From assembly GCA_900088475.1 (NCBI GenBank), contig FLMG01001983.1:54116-118115 (forward strand): a DNA stretch of 64,000 nt, given 5' to 3'. Source of the DNA: Hyphochytrium catenoides. Lineage: Eukaryota > Protista > Hyphochytriomycota. The notes beneath the pieces were generated by a model that was not told the DNA's origin, did no database searches, and saw nothing but the letters and a program-made list of their open reading frames with translations. Positions 24,799 through 40,572 of the stretch are shown here, one piece after another (position 1 is the first letter of the stretch; every line of letters starts with the position of its first letter). A program made the position numbers and the translations under genes.

Positions 24799-27700
24799 TC
24801 AGGTAGACTTAGAGATGACAGGCTTGACACCAGCAAGCTCCTCCTTCCCTTTGTCTAAAGACGCCAGTGTAGGGTTTACTAAGCTTCCGCTTTCCTGCCC
24901 AGAGGACGGTCCCATGCAGCTTCTGGCGACGCTCTCAAAAAGCCTTTCAATCTCCCTCGCGCAACGAGTGAAGGAATGCGCCCAGAAGTTGTAACGAGGG
25001 TTTTTGATTAGCTCTATGAAAGTGATCAGCAGACCCCACTGTCGAATTGGAGAAGAACGAGCAAATACGTTAGTTTCGCATCCGGTACAGAAGGCTAGAG
25101 GATAGGAAATGTAGAAAAAAGCAAGATCCTTACAGGATGAGGTCGGTGCACAATTAGCCGTTCCAGAAGCACACGAGTTATCTGTTCCTTGACCATGTCA
25201 CTCGTCGCCTCCGCAAAAAGATAGAGCAGGACGCACGAGAAGTAGTGCGTGTGATTATTAGGATAGCGCAAGTTGTTTGCTATGGCATTGAGAAATAAAT
25301 AGCGGCCTTCAGCATCCAACTCGGTCACCATGTTCTGAAAGATCTCCATAGAAGCTCCCGACGATAGAGAAGCCTGAGCATTCGCCTTGTTCTGCAGCTG
25401 CGCAATGGCTTGTGTTCCAACATAGAGTACCATGGCATTTACTGCGGGCACCCAATAACGCCCGTATTCGATAGATGGAAGTCCAGCCGCGGCATTATCC
25501 CGTTCCGAAGACGAGAGCAGTTTACTTCTGATCCTGTCAAGAATGGCAGTGCCTTGCTTGGTCTTAAGATATTCATCTAGGTCATCTTTGATGCCGTTGG
25601 GAGTAATGGCTTGGAAATAGTTTGGAGGAAGACGCGGTGGAAGGGAGATCTCAGGAAGCAGGTCGACCTTCAAGTTAGGTGTGAAAGGATCTGGCAGCCT
25701 CATAGTCCTAGGGAATGCCGAGAGAATTAGGTTTCGCAGCTGGATGCAGTTGGGCGGGATGACGTCGCAAAAAGAGGCATGGTAATCGCACAGGAACTCA
25801 GGGAAGTCGTGAAGAAGCACTAGAAGGACCCGCAGCGTTCCCTTGTATAACAGTCGAATTGGCTCTGACATCTTGACCGCGTTAAGGTATGGGTAAAGGA
25901 AGGAGAACAGGTCGATCAGCAGCCTTTGTAGAGGCATCCATCCCTTCTGCCCCTTCGCCAGTAGAAGCGTAGGCATAAACATTCGGTGCGAGACGAGCTC
26001 CAGCCAGGCAAAGGCAAACCCTGGCACGTTGGATGGCTGAAGCATATGGAAAGCGCTCGCAAAAGAAGAGAGAACCTGGAAATAAGAAAAAGGAGAGGGC
26101 ACATCATCAGTGATGCCAAAGACAACAATTCAAACGGCTGGAATTAGCACAAAAAATTCTCTCAAAGAGAAAGGGAAAGAGGGTCCAACAAAACGTCAAG
26201 GACACTAGACAAGTCAATTAACCAAGTAGGAATCCGCCTTACTTGGAAATTGCTCGAGTCCAACACGATGTCTGGGGTGTTCAGATCTTGGAGCAAGTTC
26301 ACTAGGAGCCTGAAGAAGGGTCTCTGGTCAAAGGTACTTTGCGTAGCCTTGGCGGCCTCATGAGCCCTAGACAGCATATTGGAGATGATGGCTAACACTT
26401 TCCCCAGCAGCGATATCTTGGTCGGGAAAGAAAGAGGGTCCGTGTACTTCACTATAAGCATAAGAAGCTTGCTATAACCATCCAACATGCCATAAGACAG
26501 GTTGGAAGCGTTGGCTTTGTTTGTGTGATTGCAGGTATGCCGTGCGAACAGAAGGAACAGAGGAGGGCCAGCATTACGTAGAATTTGTGAGGCATTTAAC
26601 CACATGAGAGAAACCTTAGAATTCGACGCTTACCTAAGCCTCCGGTGGCATCGTTGCCCTTCCCGTTGCTCTTGTTGGTGCCGCAGCTCTCCACAGAAAT
26701 CTCCACTATCACTCGGAAGAACCTCTCGATATTCTCCTCTACCTTGAGTATCTGGTGCTGCTGGAGAAGAGACAGGTATCCTACATACGCCTTGTCATTC
26801 CCTGGGGTCTCACCGAGAATGCGCATCCAGGTTTCCAGCAGATACAGCATCTGCTCCTTGCTAGCGGTAGTTCCCGCCGCTGTGGGTGCAAACCGTGAAG
26901 CTCCTATGGGCTCCTTTGTTGTAGCTGAGCTGGCAGAGCGGACCTGCTCCAGAAGCTTGCCTAGCGCTGCGAATTGTTTATTGCTTGCGCCATGGCGTTG
27001 AGCCAGCTTCGACAAGGCTTCCATAGTGCTTGCCATTTCTGCAACCGATACACTATGCTCAACAGCAATGCACTGACGGACGATGTTGACCGCCAGCTCT
27101 ATGCAAGCTACGTTTCTCCCTGTTTCCACACTCCGGCCAAGGTGCTGGTCAAACTCATTGACCTTGAGTAGTTTGGCTCGTAGAAGTGCGAGTACAATTT
27201 CTCCATAGAGCTTGTGGTCCTCCAAGGGCTGAAACTTTATCCAGTTCGTCAGTTCAATTGCCTGCTTCTTACTGATGTCCTTCAGGGCTTCGAGAACAGC
27301 TACTAGGGCCTCCATATGCAGTTTCTCGTTCACCCCAAGCTCAAAGAGACGCTTGAAAAGCTTCTGAGATAATGAAATGCAAACCTGAAGCGGAAAAAGC
27401 ACACATGGGTATCGATAAGCACAACAACCAAAATGACGGCACCCTTCTCGGCGGATCTCAAATTTGTAGTATGAGGTAGACGGAGCAATCAAAGGACGTA
27501 GACAAAGCGCTTCATACGATTTTGGTAGCTAATTCACCATACCGGCAGCGCAAGCATAGGGCGGTCAATCTTTCGGGCTCACCTCATCTCGGACCTGGGC
27601 CTGTGTCTGCATGCAGACTACTTTAGCCTCTCTGATGAGCTGGTGCAGTTCGTGGTCAGCAGGAACGGCCGCAAGAGTCACTTCACGGACAAGCTGCTTC

Positions 27701-30700
27701 GGCAAAGCTTTGACCACAAACTCCAGCTTATTCAAGATGGTATCGAACTTCTCAATTGCGCTGATCGCTGAGAGGCCACTTGTAGGCGTGGGTAAACCGC
27801 CAATATCAGAACCGAAGGCCCCCATATTTCCGTTCTTGGCAGGACTGGCCGCTGCTGTACTGATAGGGGTTGAGGGAGCTGAGTTCGCGGCTGATCCCGT
27901 AGCCGTCCCAATAGAAAGAGGAGGTACACCCGTATGTCCCCGCTGGACGACCGGCTGTCGAGGTACTTTTTGGAAAGCCTGCGTTTTTAGAAGCCAGATA
28001 TGGAAGAACGATCAGGTAAGCTTAAAGAAACTTAGGCACTTACGCTGAAGCTTACTTACCTCATAGACCATCAGATGCTGCGGCTTGAGACTGCTGCCCG
28101 GTTTTGGCCGCAGTGGATCCGGCAGACCTGACGGATAGCGGTTGCCTGTAGCGGTATTAAAGCTTGGATCCGCAAACGGCTGTGAGGACTGCTCACGATG
28201 CTTTCGGCGAGCAGCAAAGGCGGGCCCTAACGCCTCATCAATATCCCTTGCAGCCTTCTCGGTGGCTGCCTTCTCAATAAGCATGCAACCGAGTTCCAAG
28301 TTTTCTGCCGAGCAAATCTAGGCACAAAAATTAGAAGAGAGACGAGGTCAGCTTAGGCCAGGGAACCCTGTCAGTGGAGCGTAGACCTGAATCATTATAA
28401 CATCAACCTCTGTTAGTCTACAAACTCCCCTCATCAGAATAGCATGCAATCAATGTATACCCAATGATCCTTATGACTAGGTGCCACACGAAACTCACAA
28501 GAGTCCACGTCTACATCTATTCGTAATCTAGGCCTCACCTGCACCACTTGCTCCAGATGTTGTTGCTCCGCGTTGGAACCGGAAAGCAGCGAGCGGAGAT
28601 GATTTCCCATGGACACCCTCAGTGGCTCCTTGCACGTTACTAGTGCGAGACTGCCTGCCAGATTGGAAACCATCAGATGGGCTGCCTTGCGCATCTTATT
28701 GTCGTCGCCTTCAGTTGCGAAATCCTTTAGTATGAGCTCTCTTGTAGTGATGCATGCAATGGTCACGCTCCGTTCCACAACCTACACAGATCGAGCACAA
28801 AGAGCAAACGGGCAACAAATTAGCCTCGCGCAGAGAATATGCATTGCGCTAATAAATTACTGTAGAAAACGTNNNNNNNNNNNNNNNNNNNNNNNNNNNN
28901 NNNNNNNNNNNNNNNNNNNNNNNNNNNNNNNNNNNNNNNNNGGACTTACGGGCTGGATAATCTCTCTAATGGCACGGTCCACGGCCAGGGGAACGACCCT
29001 CTTAAGTTGCGGGTTAACGTTGAATAAACTGATACCTGGGTTGACACTGACATAGGAAGCCAAATTCGGAATAACGGTTGTTTCTGGTACTCCTGAATCG
29101 CCAAGAGGCAAATTGCGACTTTCAGTGAGAGCACGCGGATGTAAAAAGAGATATATTACCTGAAGCTGTAGAGGCCGCTGATGCGGAAGAGGCCATAGCG
29201 GGAGAAACAACCCCTGCTCCTATCCCCGCCGAGGTAGCACCAGCCCCCAGCCCAGCCGCTGAGGTGACAGACGAAGCGTTAAGGGCAGCAGAAGCATCCC
29301 CAACCTTGGCAGAGTCTCCTATGGCTCTTCCAACGTCCAAAGAAGCAGGTTGCAGAAGACTCTGTTGAAGAGCCTTCATGTTGAAGTCTGGGTTGCCTTG
29401 TTTCGGAGGTTGCCTAAAGACGACGCATTAGGTCGCGGTATGCAGACAAAAAGGAATATAGAACTAGATGACAACGCTGTAAGGTTCCAGAGTTAACCGT
29501 TCCAATGGGCAGTTAGCTTATCATGCCTATCAACGAAGCGAATACGGAACAAAGTGTCCCAAAAAATGATCTGGAAGAGAGCTTGCAAAAAGGTCAAATG
29601 ACGTACTTCCTCTTTGCCAGAAGGCTGCCAGCCTTCAGATCTTCAACCTTCAGCTTCATCGCCTTGCACAAAACCTCTATTTCGAACTTGATGTTAAGCT
29701 TCAAATCCGGCACGTCATAGAGCTCACGCAGGGCTGACATCAGGCCCATGACCCAAGGGTTAGGAGGTCGGAAGACCTTGGAATGTTTACAAGCATCAAG
29801 GATCTTTGCAGCCACGGGTACTACAGCTATTAGATGTCCTGTCTCATAGCCCACAAATAGCAATTCTTTCAGATCCAAGTCACGCTGAAGCAGGGGCTTG
29901 TTCCTCCCTAAGGTGAAAAGACCCAACCAAGACCCCAGATTCTTGAGAAGGGAACGCTCCTGAGCGCTCGTAGTAATCTTGCTTGAAGTCAACAGCTTGC
30001 GAATGTTCTGGCAGAAAGCACGGGGTTTTTGTCAGAGCAGTGCTAGCGCAAGACATTAATTGTTTCCACGCTTCAAATAAACACCAACATAACGAGGTTA
30101 TGTGATAAAAAACGACGAAACAGAACGCATTTTATCTCAGGGACCGATCCCCTCGAAGTAAAAGGAACGAATAGGTTCAATGGATATTCATTTAATCCGA
30201 ATGCAGCCAAGAATGCCAACCAAAAATCATGGTAACTGGTAAGGGCAACTTCGCACATGGCAGTACCTGTAAAGTTTTCCTGGTAATCTCTTGATCTAGC
30301 TTCTTCAACCCAAGTTTTTCCAATACTGCCATGTACACCCCATGAAAATTGGGCTGGGTGCTTATCCTCCTAACCACCAGGTAATTGGCTAGCCATCCGT
30401 AGTGTTCCTCCTTTAAGAAACTTTTCACCTCCATCACCTTGCTGTCAAGATTTCCGGAAGTGACGTTGTTGATGATGAAGTGAATTCTATCCTGCACTGC
30501 ATCCGCCGGGGTCTCTGGCACTGAGGTGGCTGGATCCTCAAGGCTCACGGGGCCCATTATTCCGTCCACACTCATGACCGCGGGAGCTAGTATAAGAATT
30601 ATGCAAGTAGGTCAGAACCAGCGACTTTTATGTAACGTCGACTTTTATGTAACGTCGTTTGATAAGCGTCGGGCAGCTCTTCTTACCTTGGTGAGCAAGT

Positions 30701-33700
30701 GAATTGGGAGTGGCCAGACTCTGCGGCCGACTTTGAGCTTTAGCTACTGCGTCCTGAAAGGCCAAAGCCCCTAGTCCTTGAAGGTTGCCTTTAGAAGGCA
30801 GATTTTGTCCAACAGCTGTGGTAGGGGATGGTGACGAGGCCGTCCCAATGCGGGGAAGGATGGTGAGTGGTGTTGAAGTGGCAAAGGCAGCACCCTCCGC
30901 TGGCTGGGGACGTGAAGCAATGACCAGATTGCCTGTTGGGTTCAGCGAACCTGTCGCGGCACCTGGAGCAATCATCCTTGCCATTGCGGGCGATTGTTGC
31001 CTTACAGGTTGTTGGACGCCTGTTCGCTGCTGAGGATTCAAAAGCTGAGCAGAACCCAACCCCCCGTTGGCGAATTTGGAGTCCACCCCATCGATCCTAG
31101 GAGATGGCAAGCCTGTATTAGAGAGCACACTACTAGGTTCGCCACCTGGCTTAGGACCCATAGCTAGAATGTTTTCGATCTCCGCAACAATCTCAGGATG
31201 GCTCTGGCGAAGATGAGGGATCTGCAATACGTGAGAACAGTATTGAGGCCACTCCGCCAGCCTACCCTTGAACTGCTCCAGTGCAAACATTCCGAAGCGA
31301 AACATTTTGCCATAAGTTCCACCAGCAGGAGGCTTTTTCAAAGCATCCAGCACGTATCGAAGAGCAATCCCTAAAGTAAAGTTCGAGACGAGTTGGTGCT
31401 GAATGAGAGAACCAAAAAGGATGCCTGTGATCCGGAGTTCCTTTTCCGGGTATTTGTGGAAGAAGCGGTATTCATCAAACAGATTGTGAACCATACACTG
31501 AAAGATTTCCTGTAACATAACCACGGCGTCGTCAGTCCCTTTGAGGAGTCAATTTAAAAGGTTAGCCGCATCTAAGCGTCTTACCTGTTCCCGGGTGTCC
31601 TTGGAACCCTTGAAGCGCTTCAATGTCTCAATAACTTCGTCAATACTCTGTTCTCCCTTATAGATTTTTTGGAAGTATGCATCCGCTTGTTCTTCAATGT
31701 TCTCCGAGGAGCCCCTGGAAGTCGCTATAGAAAGCAATCCTCCAACCTCCCTATAAGTTGTGGTGAAGGCCTCACACAAAGCTGTGACTTCAGCTGCGGT
31801 GGCTGCATCCATGACTGAGAGACTTGCTTGTAAGCATTTGATAAAGCTAACCAGGTTCTCGGTTGAGAGAATCGCTTTCCCCATGACAGGATCTGAACGA
31901 ATAACCGCCCTGGGCTGCAGGGGCACATGGTAGAGGTTCAGAAATTTTATGGCAGCGTCTACGAACTGTTTCCCTTGGGCATTAATCCGCCCGACTAGCC
32001 ACTGTTCTAGCGGGACTAAGTCTCTATCGGCTGCAAAGCAAGCCACGGCGATTGAAAAGACCATCGACGGGGTGTCCAATAGGAATCGAAGACACTCTGG
32101 CAGCTCTCTAGCCAGATTGAGGATCGCCTGCAAGGTTGCTGGGGACGGGTCTTCCTGGAAGGCTACAATGGCTGCATTGATGACCACAGAGCGTCCTAAT
32201 GCAATCCCTAACGACCAGAGGTGCTTAAGCGTGGCATTGCCTAAAGGTTTACGAATATATCCGCCTTGTAGCACCTTCTCTAATAACTCCGTCCGCATAG
32301 GATGCTGACCACTAATGACTCCGGCTGTGTAAGCCAGTCCTATCAGAAGTATATCAGGGCAAGTGCGAAGGGCATCCTCAAAAACGGTCCTGGCAACCAC
32401 ATATCTCTTATCTGTGTCCGCCAGAAGCAGCATAGTGCTATAGAAATCGACTGATATCCAGCAGAAGTTCTTCGGCACCTGTGCTGAAAGAAGTTCAAAC
32501 AACACAAGACGATTCTTGGCTGAGCGATAGCTAAACAACTCAGCAGGAGCCGAAACAGAGAACCGCAAAAATGACAGCTGTCCATCCCGGTTATTCCACA
32601 GGCGAAAGAGAACGTCAACAGGGAACTCTGGAAGGCCCGACGAGCTTCGGTATGCCGAGATAAGGATGTTGAAGCCTAGTTGATCGGGAACAATGAATCC
32701 CGGATGATCCAAAGCCATAGCTACCGCATGCCAGTCCAAGTTGGCACCTAATTCCGTACGCAGAACGTGTGATATAACCTCAACGTTCCAGCTTGCAACC
32801 GAACCGTCGTCCCTATCATCACCGTCCCCATCTGGAAGAGTTTGTCTGCCTAAAGACATCCCCGTGTGTGTGCGTGCCAGCAATCCCAGCATCTTGCCAA
32901 TCTCCGTGGCAGGATTATCAGTCCTAGGCCAAGCCATGCGAAGGATGGTGGTGAAGGAGGCTGGACTCCTTGTGCAGGTATAGCCATACTCTGACATTAA
33001 GTCACTCAACGAGCGCACCGAATCCATGACCTCCTGAGACAGAGAGGAGATGACCCCAGCTGTCAAATTATCTTCGGCCGTGAACTCTGTCTTTGGAAAA
33101 ATAAAGGGTTGTAGGTCCGCGTTTTCGCCAATATCTGGGTGCGAACGTAACAAATGCGTGAAGAGCAGCCCCTCGTCTAACCTTTCAAATAGATCAGACT
33201 TCTCCGATAGTATAGATACCAGAAGGTGGAGTGGCCCTTTCGGTAGCCTTGGTGTGCTCCCCTTAATATACTGAGGCAGAGTGGTTCTCAACAGCTCAGT
33301 TCCAGCTGTGACACTGCCTCCTGCGGTTGACTGGGTCAAGGCAAGAGCAATAACAATTTGCTGGCTACAGGGAAGCTTCAAAAAGGCACAGAATAGGTGA
33401 AGCTCAGTAAAACTTAGTGATCTCCGATCCTTTCGCTTCGCAAAGCCATTTTCAACCGCTTGGCATATGAGGCTTGAGAAATTCGGCCGTTTTGATGCTC
33501 TCTCTAGTTCCGTCCCTAGATAGTGGAGTTTGGTGCCATCTTTCGGTTGCTGGGCTAGCAACTTTTCCTTTGAGGGCCAGTCAATTCCGCTAATCAAGCA
33601 CGAAACAAGAAATATCCAGGCCTCGTCGCCGTATAGGCCAATAATCTGTGGTGGTTAACAAGGAGGTTAAACGTGCAGCGTCGTGACATAACCTGCACTT

Positions 33701-33809
33701 TATCTCAAACCTGGTTGATCTCAGTTGCAACAGATTTATATGTTTTCTTGTTCAGACCGTTTACTAAATGCTGAATCTGCGAAAGGTAGGGGACTGCAGA
33801 CGAAACCAT
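24799..33809 (-). CDS. CNOT1: CCR4-NOT scaffold subunit NOT1, 14 exons
   Basis: TTP-binding region ([32 protein letters not shown]), CAF1-binding MIF4G ([36 protein letters not shown]), DUF3819 ([20 protein letters not shown]), NOT1-C ([48 protein letters not shown]|[10 protein letters not shown]). Thirteen introns traced; the N gap 28873-28941 is intronic. Confidence 0.96.
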
Positions 33810-34741
33810 GTCAAGAGTTCAGCGAATACATGGAGCCATTCACGAAGCGCCACCGGTAGCCACGCGAACGCTTTGTATTCATCAGGTTTGATTTCTCGAA
33901 TGCAGGGCTAAAGGTCCCGCAATCTAGGAATCTGACCGCAAGGCGGAAGGTCAGAGGCTGTGATGCATTAGCTGCAACAAGGCGACACAATCTCTTCTGG
34001 AACTCGATAGAGCTCTAATAGATGGAGCTCAATCTGAAAGGCCCAGAATTACGTTAGTGCGAGAAAGCTGTGTAAAGGGTTCGTTGTACGAGAACTTACA
34101 GCCCAATGATTGATAGAGGTCTAGACCTACCCGCCTCATATCCCAATATAAAGCTCCATAGGGATGGGTGGGGGTACGTTCAGTAGTAGTACCAGGATAT
34201 AAGGGGGGAAATGAACTTGTAAGGTCTAGTAATAGGATATTTCAGTAGTAATATGGCTCGATAGATACTGATATCTTTCTTTTACTGGCCCAATTTCTCA
34301 TTTAACTGACAGTAACAGAGGGCAAAAGATAGTAGTAATACAGGAATCTTGATGTTGGTGGTGGAGATCAATGCCCACATTGTGGCGAATCACTGGCAAA
34401 GTAACTAGACCTAACTGATTCTCGACTGATGTGATTCGTATGGAGGTGGCGTGGGATGAGAGCTGCTTGTCGTTTCGACCTCTTCGCATCATCAGAATCA
34501 TCGCCATCACTGCTGACCTAGCGCTGGTCAAGCTCTAACAGAAGTAGAAGTAAGATAATGCTGGCGGCGCGCGGTTGCTAGTTGTTATTGTTCCTTTATT
34601 ATCTGAGGTGATTATGCCCAATTCCCATATCCTTCATTGTGCTTGTGGGAGGAGGTGAACGAGGAAGGCTTACTGAACATTATGACCGGATAGCACTGCC
34701 TTCCACAGCACCTTATTATCGGTTGCGCTTAAGAGCTCGCC

Positions 34742-37700
34742 ATGGAGGACGGAGAAGCCATCGAGCTTACGAAGCTCCCCGTCTTAGGGGCGGTCACTGC
34801 TCTGGTATTTTCTCAGGATGCTACGCTATTACTCGCAGGTAAGCATGTTTAGCAACATGACGGTCCTTTGGTGACTGACAAAACTTGCAGGCATCGGCTC
34901 TTACTTGCATGTGTTTAGAGTTCAGGACGGCCAGCGGTTGTACTGTCGACAGGTTCTTAGGCACAACCCTGTCCACCAAGTGGAGCTTGGTATGTTCCTT
35001 ATTTAGTATATATCATAGGCCAATTGAAGTCGCCTCTCACATCTCCGCCGTAGAGTACGATGTGGACCGGGCGATTGTGTTCGGGGGGAAGTCCCTTATC
35101 GTCCTCTCTCAAGTTCCAGAGGGGGCACTGTCTTGTGAACAAAGGAGACGAGTAGACGGCTCCTACGACATTCTTGACGTCCGGTACTGCCTCCAAAATC
35201 TGGACGACCTGATCCTGGCTGCTCAGCTCCTCCCGAAACGTCTGAATACAGATACAGAGAGGCTCGCCATCGGGTTTGCTCACAATTACGTGGAAATATG
35301 GTGCTTAGAAACGCTACGGATGGTGCATAAAGTTGTTAGTTCAGTCCGGTGTCTACTCTACAGCATGCAATTCGCTCCACAGTGTACGGCCACTGCCGCT
35401 CCAGGAACAGCCTGGCCTGACCTGATGATAGCTTCAGGTACTGTCTTTTCTAAAGTGGTTCTGTGGAGTTTGGAGGGAAACGGAGAGACTCTCCATGCCC
35501 TAAGCGGCCATCTAGGGGTCATTTTCCGCATCCAGTGGTCAAGTGACGGCTCCATGTTAGCCACATGCTCCGATGATAGAACTATTAGGCTCTGGAAAAG
35601 GAAGGATGTAGGCCAGACCCATTTGTCTGCCCTAGAAGAGGCATGGACTGGTTGGGGCCATAAGGCTCGAGTCTGGGACGTACAATTTGCGGCCATTGGT
35701 CTCATATCGGCCAGTGAGGACGCTACTCTCCGTGTCTGGGATTGGTCTGGAACTTGCCTGGCCGAGCTGGTCGGTCATGCAGGGAAAAACGTGCGTCGTG
35801 TGGCGATATCCGCTTCGCTCTTGCTCCCTGTAGTTGCTTCCGGAGGGGATGACAGTGCAATCAAGCTCTGGGATCTACGACGACACCTCATCTCGAATGC
35901 CATGACAGAGACAGCTGCCGCCACTATTGTGCCACCTGAAGTTCAGGACACCACTCTAGGTGAGTCTGGAATCGTGCAAAAAGAGAAGAAAAGCACATCA
36001 GGGCGAGCTGCCTTTTAAAGAGAGAAAACGGGCAGGAAGAGGGTCAACAGTGCATAGTGGGGCATAGATAGGAGTGCGAAGGTACTTAATCTTTATCTTG
36101 CAACAGAGGAAGCAGGAGCCGCGGAGCACGTAGAGAAGTTTAGTCGAGACAGCGCGAGGGCAATGGCCATAACGAATGGGGGAACTATCCTTTACGTGGG
36201 CTTCAGTAGCACTGGGCTCTGGGCCTACGACATGACGGACGCTAAATGGCGCGCCGTGGGCCTCACGGTAGGCGTTGAGCCTCTCGCTTTCTCCCGGGCA
36301 TAGACTATATGCATCTTTGTCTCTCCATCGGCTCTTGTAGGGACTTTTTGATAGTCCCTTCTCTACCGTTGCTTGATATGACAAAGACTATCCATGTACA
36401 TGGAGCTTACATATTCTCTGGAACTCTACAATGTCCATCTTATGTTGCTAACACTATTATCTTCTGCTCTGTGACTCTATTGTGTTTATCGTCTGCCTTT
36501 CAAGCGTTACGATGAAGACTGACCTCTTTTATATAGTTCACACACCGAGAGAGCGTAACCCACGTCACGATCCCTCCCAAGGACAGGCATGTCTTAGCTG
36601 GGACCTCCCGAGGTTCCATCTTCATCTTTGCTATCCCTATTGCGGAGGCAGATCGGAAAGACCAAATTAACAATGAACACATTCTTATGGCTTCTGTTGC
36701 TGGTGCGCATCAAGGAACCATCACGCTTCTCCACTACATGCATCAGCAATGTGATGGCAGGATGATAGAAGAAACACTTTATTCGAGTGGGGCGGACGGC
36801 TGCCTCAGGCAATGGGGCTTGCCGTTTAATAATAAAGACGAGCGCGTAGATGCTACGACGAAGGAATTAGTTCCGTTGGCGTGCTATCGGACCGCTTGTG
36901 GCAAGTCTGTAGCATTTACAGCGCTTGGCATCTCCTGCGAGTTTAACATCGTTGTTGCTGGGGACTCACGAGGGAGATTGATGATTTTTAAGCTAGCTGA
37001 GCAAGAGCGTTCAATGCTAAGGGCAGAGGGGGTTGAGATTCTCCCGTACCGTAAGTTCTACGCGCATGGAAGGGACCAGGTAATGCTCTGGCCTCTTCTC
37101 CTCGAGCTTCCACTCTCAATCGCCGTCATGTCATGTCTTCGAACTGCCCTTCAACTTCATAGCTAACAAGGGTCTTTCTGGGCGTGTGAACTAGGTCTCA
37201 GCAATCAAGATAGTGCGGAACTATATCTACTCTATAGGACATGATGGCTATATCCAGTCCTACGTTATAGAGGGTGACGGCCATGTTTCTTTAGAGGCTA
37301 ACTCGGATATCGATAGTTCAGACAGGATGTATGCCCTGAGGCCGATTGGTAGGGTAGCGACGCATCCCATCTCTATCCCTCGACAGATCTGGATATCTAG
37401 CTCAGGTCAGCTAATTCTGGGTGGCTACACTGGGAGCGATTGCATTGTCTGGAACGTTACGTCGAGCCAACAGCTACTTAAGGCACATGCGGGCAACTGG
37501 AGGCGGCCACACGCCCTGTGGATCAGCGAGACGGATCCTTTACAGAGTCTGACTTTGGTCCATGCCCCTCCCCCTCCAACCAGAAAATCCCCAGCATATC
37601 TCAAAACATTGACAACAGTTCAAAGTCTGGCTTGTTATCGTAAGACTCCCGACGCAACACTCACTGACGTAGGAGATTTACCCGAGATTGCAGAGTCAAC

Positions 37701-39765
37701 GGCTGCGAATGAGGCAAGTTGTTCCAGATGGTTTGCTAGTGCTTCCCTTCACGTACCTCTACATGGCCGCATCATACCTGCAGCCCTATGGCTGAAGCCT
37801 GGATTGGTGGCAACGGGGAGCGAGGATAATGCTGTCAAAATACTTTATTATCAGCTAGAGGAACTGTCAGAAGCCGCGAGCGCCCCACCTCCTACATGCT
37901 TAGGAATGGCATCAGGCCACCTGGCCGGCATCCGAGCGATGGCCTTGTTGCGGAGTCGACCAGAACTAGATAAGCCCGCCAAGACAATGCCAAGCTTATT
38001 CTTCACCGCTGGGGGAAGGAACATGATCAAGGTTTGGCGTTTACCAGGTGGCCCAAATATTTCGGGAGCACGAGTTGAGGACGTTGGCACCTATGAGAAG
38101 GACCACCCCGTTCAGGACCAACGACTGACCTCCATTTCCTGTCATGTACTGCCTGATCAAAGGAGCGAAGATGCGCACCGCTGCTGCGTCGTAGTGGCAG
38201 GGGATTCGGAGGGTTCGCTCATCTTCCTCATCTACTGCGACCTCTCCAGAAGTTTGCTAGAAATAGGACAGACTTGTCACAGCCTCAGACCCATACTAGC
38301 GTTGAAGGTTGTGTCAACAGCAGGACGTTTTTTTGTCCTATCGGGTTCAACTGATGGCAAGGTCCACGTAACAGACTTCTCAAGCTGTGTGGCGCAACTG
38401 CCGCAGAGGTAATGTCGTGTCGATTGCACCTGACCCTGCTGATCTCCTTTCTCTTCACTACTCTCGCATGAACTTCCCTAGAACGTTTTCTCTCTGAATT
38501 GCGGACATTTCCTTGTGTCTACCTTTCTTTCCCGTCACCTCTCCTTCATCGTCATCAGCGTGCGTGCATTCCTCGTTTCTTAAGCTTTTAGTACCATGTC
38601 TGGTGGTACCACCGGCGTTGGCCAAAGTAGGTAACATGTATTATCTAGGTCATCCGTTCGCAAATTCTCTTAGGTCTTACGCTCCTTCTTATTAGTTCTC
38701 AATTTTTTTTGGCCCATAGTTCACGTTGCACGTATTTACGAGTGTTTTCCAGTCATCTATCTTCGGAAGACTCTCTGAGTGCTGTTCGGTCCCAGTTTTC
38801 CATGATGCCACCTATAATAGTGCTGGACTGCCATCAGATGGGCGTGAATTGCCTTGATGCTGCTTGGATTCCATGTGATGATCAGAACAAAAAGAGCCTT
38901 CTAATTGTGACCGGAGGCGATGATCAGGCACTTGGGCTTGCAAAGTTCGCCCTGTCAGAAGACGTGAGTAACGTATGCACGACCGCCTGTTGGTGCTTAG
39001 TTGCCCTTCAGCTTACTTTTGTCTTGAAGGGTGAGGGTATGTGGACTTACAGAGCTTGTTATTTTATTCCATGAGTTGGCATGCGATTGATATCCTTGTT
39101 GCTTTTACGGTATCGTGCTTATCTAGTCTCTGTCTCTCTCTAGGCCCCTCTCACTCTCCTTTGGCAGCGGTATCTTCCCAGCGCCTCTAGCTCGGCACTG
39201 AAGGGTATCTCACTCCATCAGATGTACATCTTCGCAGTTGGCTACGACCAAAGGCTTACGGTCTGGAAGTACACTACCATAGACGAGGAGGCCGAAGCGG
39301 CAGTAGAGCCTTTGTACCGCGTTACCGAGACCATAGTAGATGTTGCTGATGTCCACAGCCTCGATGTGGTCGAGAATGAACGGTATGACCTTTGGATCAA
39401 TGTTCGATGTGAGGAGAGAAAGATGGAGCCAAGGGCGGGTGAAAGTGACAGACAGCGTGAAGGCCAACGGATACACTCTACTCCAATTTTACCGAGTCTA
39501 GAAGACGAGGAGGTTGGCCTTGAGCGTATCGAGGGGTTCTCATAGGAATAAGATCAGGGAAGTCAGGGCAAAGGGTGAGGAGCGTGGACCTCTAATAACG
39601 AGTTTGGCTGGTTTCTAATCCGTCTCGTGTCCCTCTTCACGCGCCAACCTTCTCTTGTCTTCTGATGGTAGCGGCCATTTTGAAGCAGTCATCACAGGCC
39701 ATGGACTTCAAGTGCTTATCTATTCACCAGAGTACCCTCACGGGCACCACGAAGCCTTTACATGA
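34742..39765 (+). CDS. WDR6: WD40 protein WDR6/Trm734 (tRNA 2'-O-methylation cofactor), 9 exons
   Basis: Family motifs RCLLYS, IASGTVFSKVVLW, GHLGVIFRI...CSDDRTIRLW, GWGHKARVWD, AGNWRRPH, HGRII, TGSED, HQMGVNCL...TGGDDQAL, VGYDQRL, VDVADV, GHGLQV; eight GT-AG introns in phase. Confidence 0.88.
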
Positions 39766-39928
39766 TCAGTCATTTATTGAGAGCTAAACGAACCCGATAA
39801 GGAACCTACGCTCCCAGACCAAGAGTTACCTCTACCTAAAGAAAGTTACCTGTTGCTAAGCCTACATGCGTTACTTCGGCTCAGGCCATATGTACATTGC
39901 TAGAATAGCTAAATCTGCGCTGATGGCT

Positions 39929-40572
<644 letters not shown>

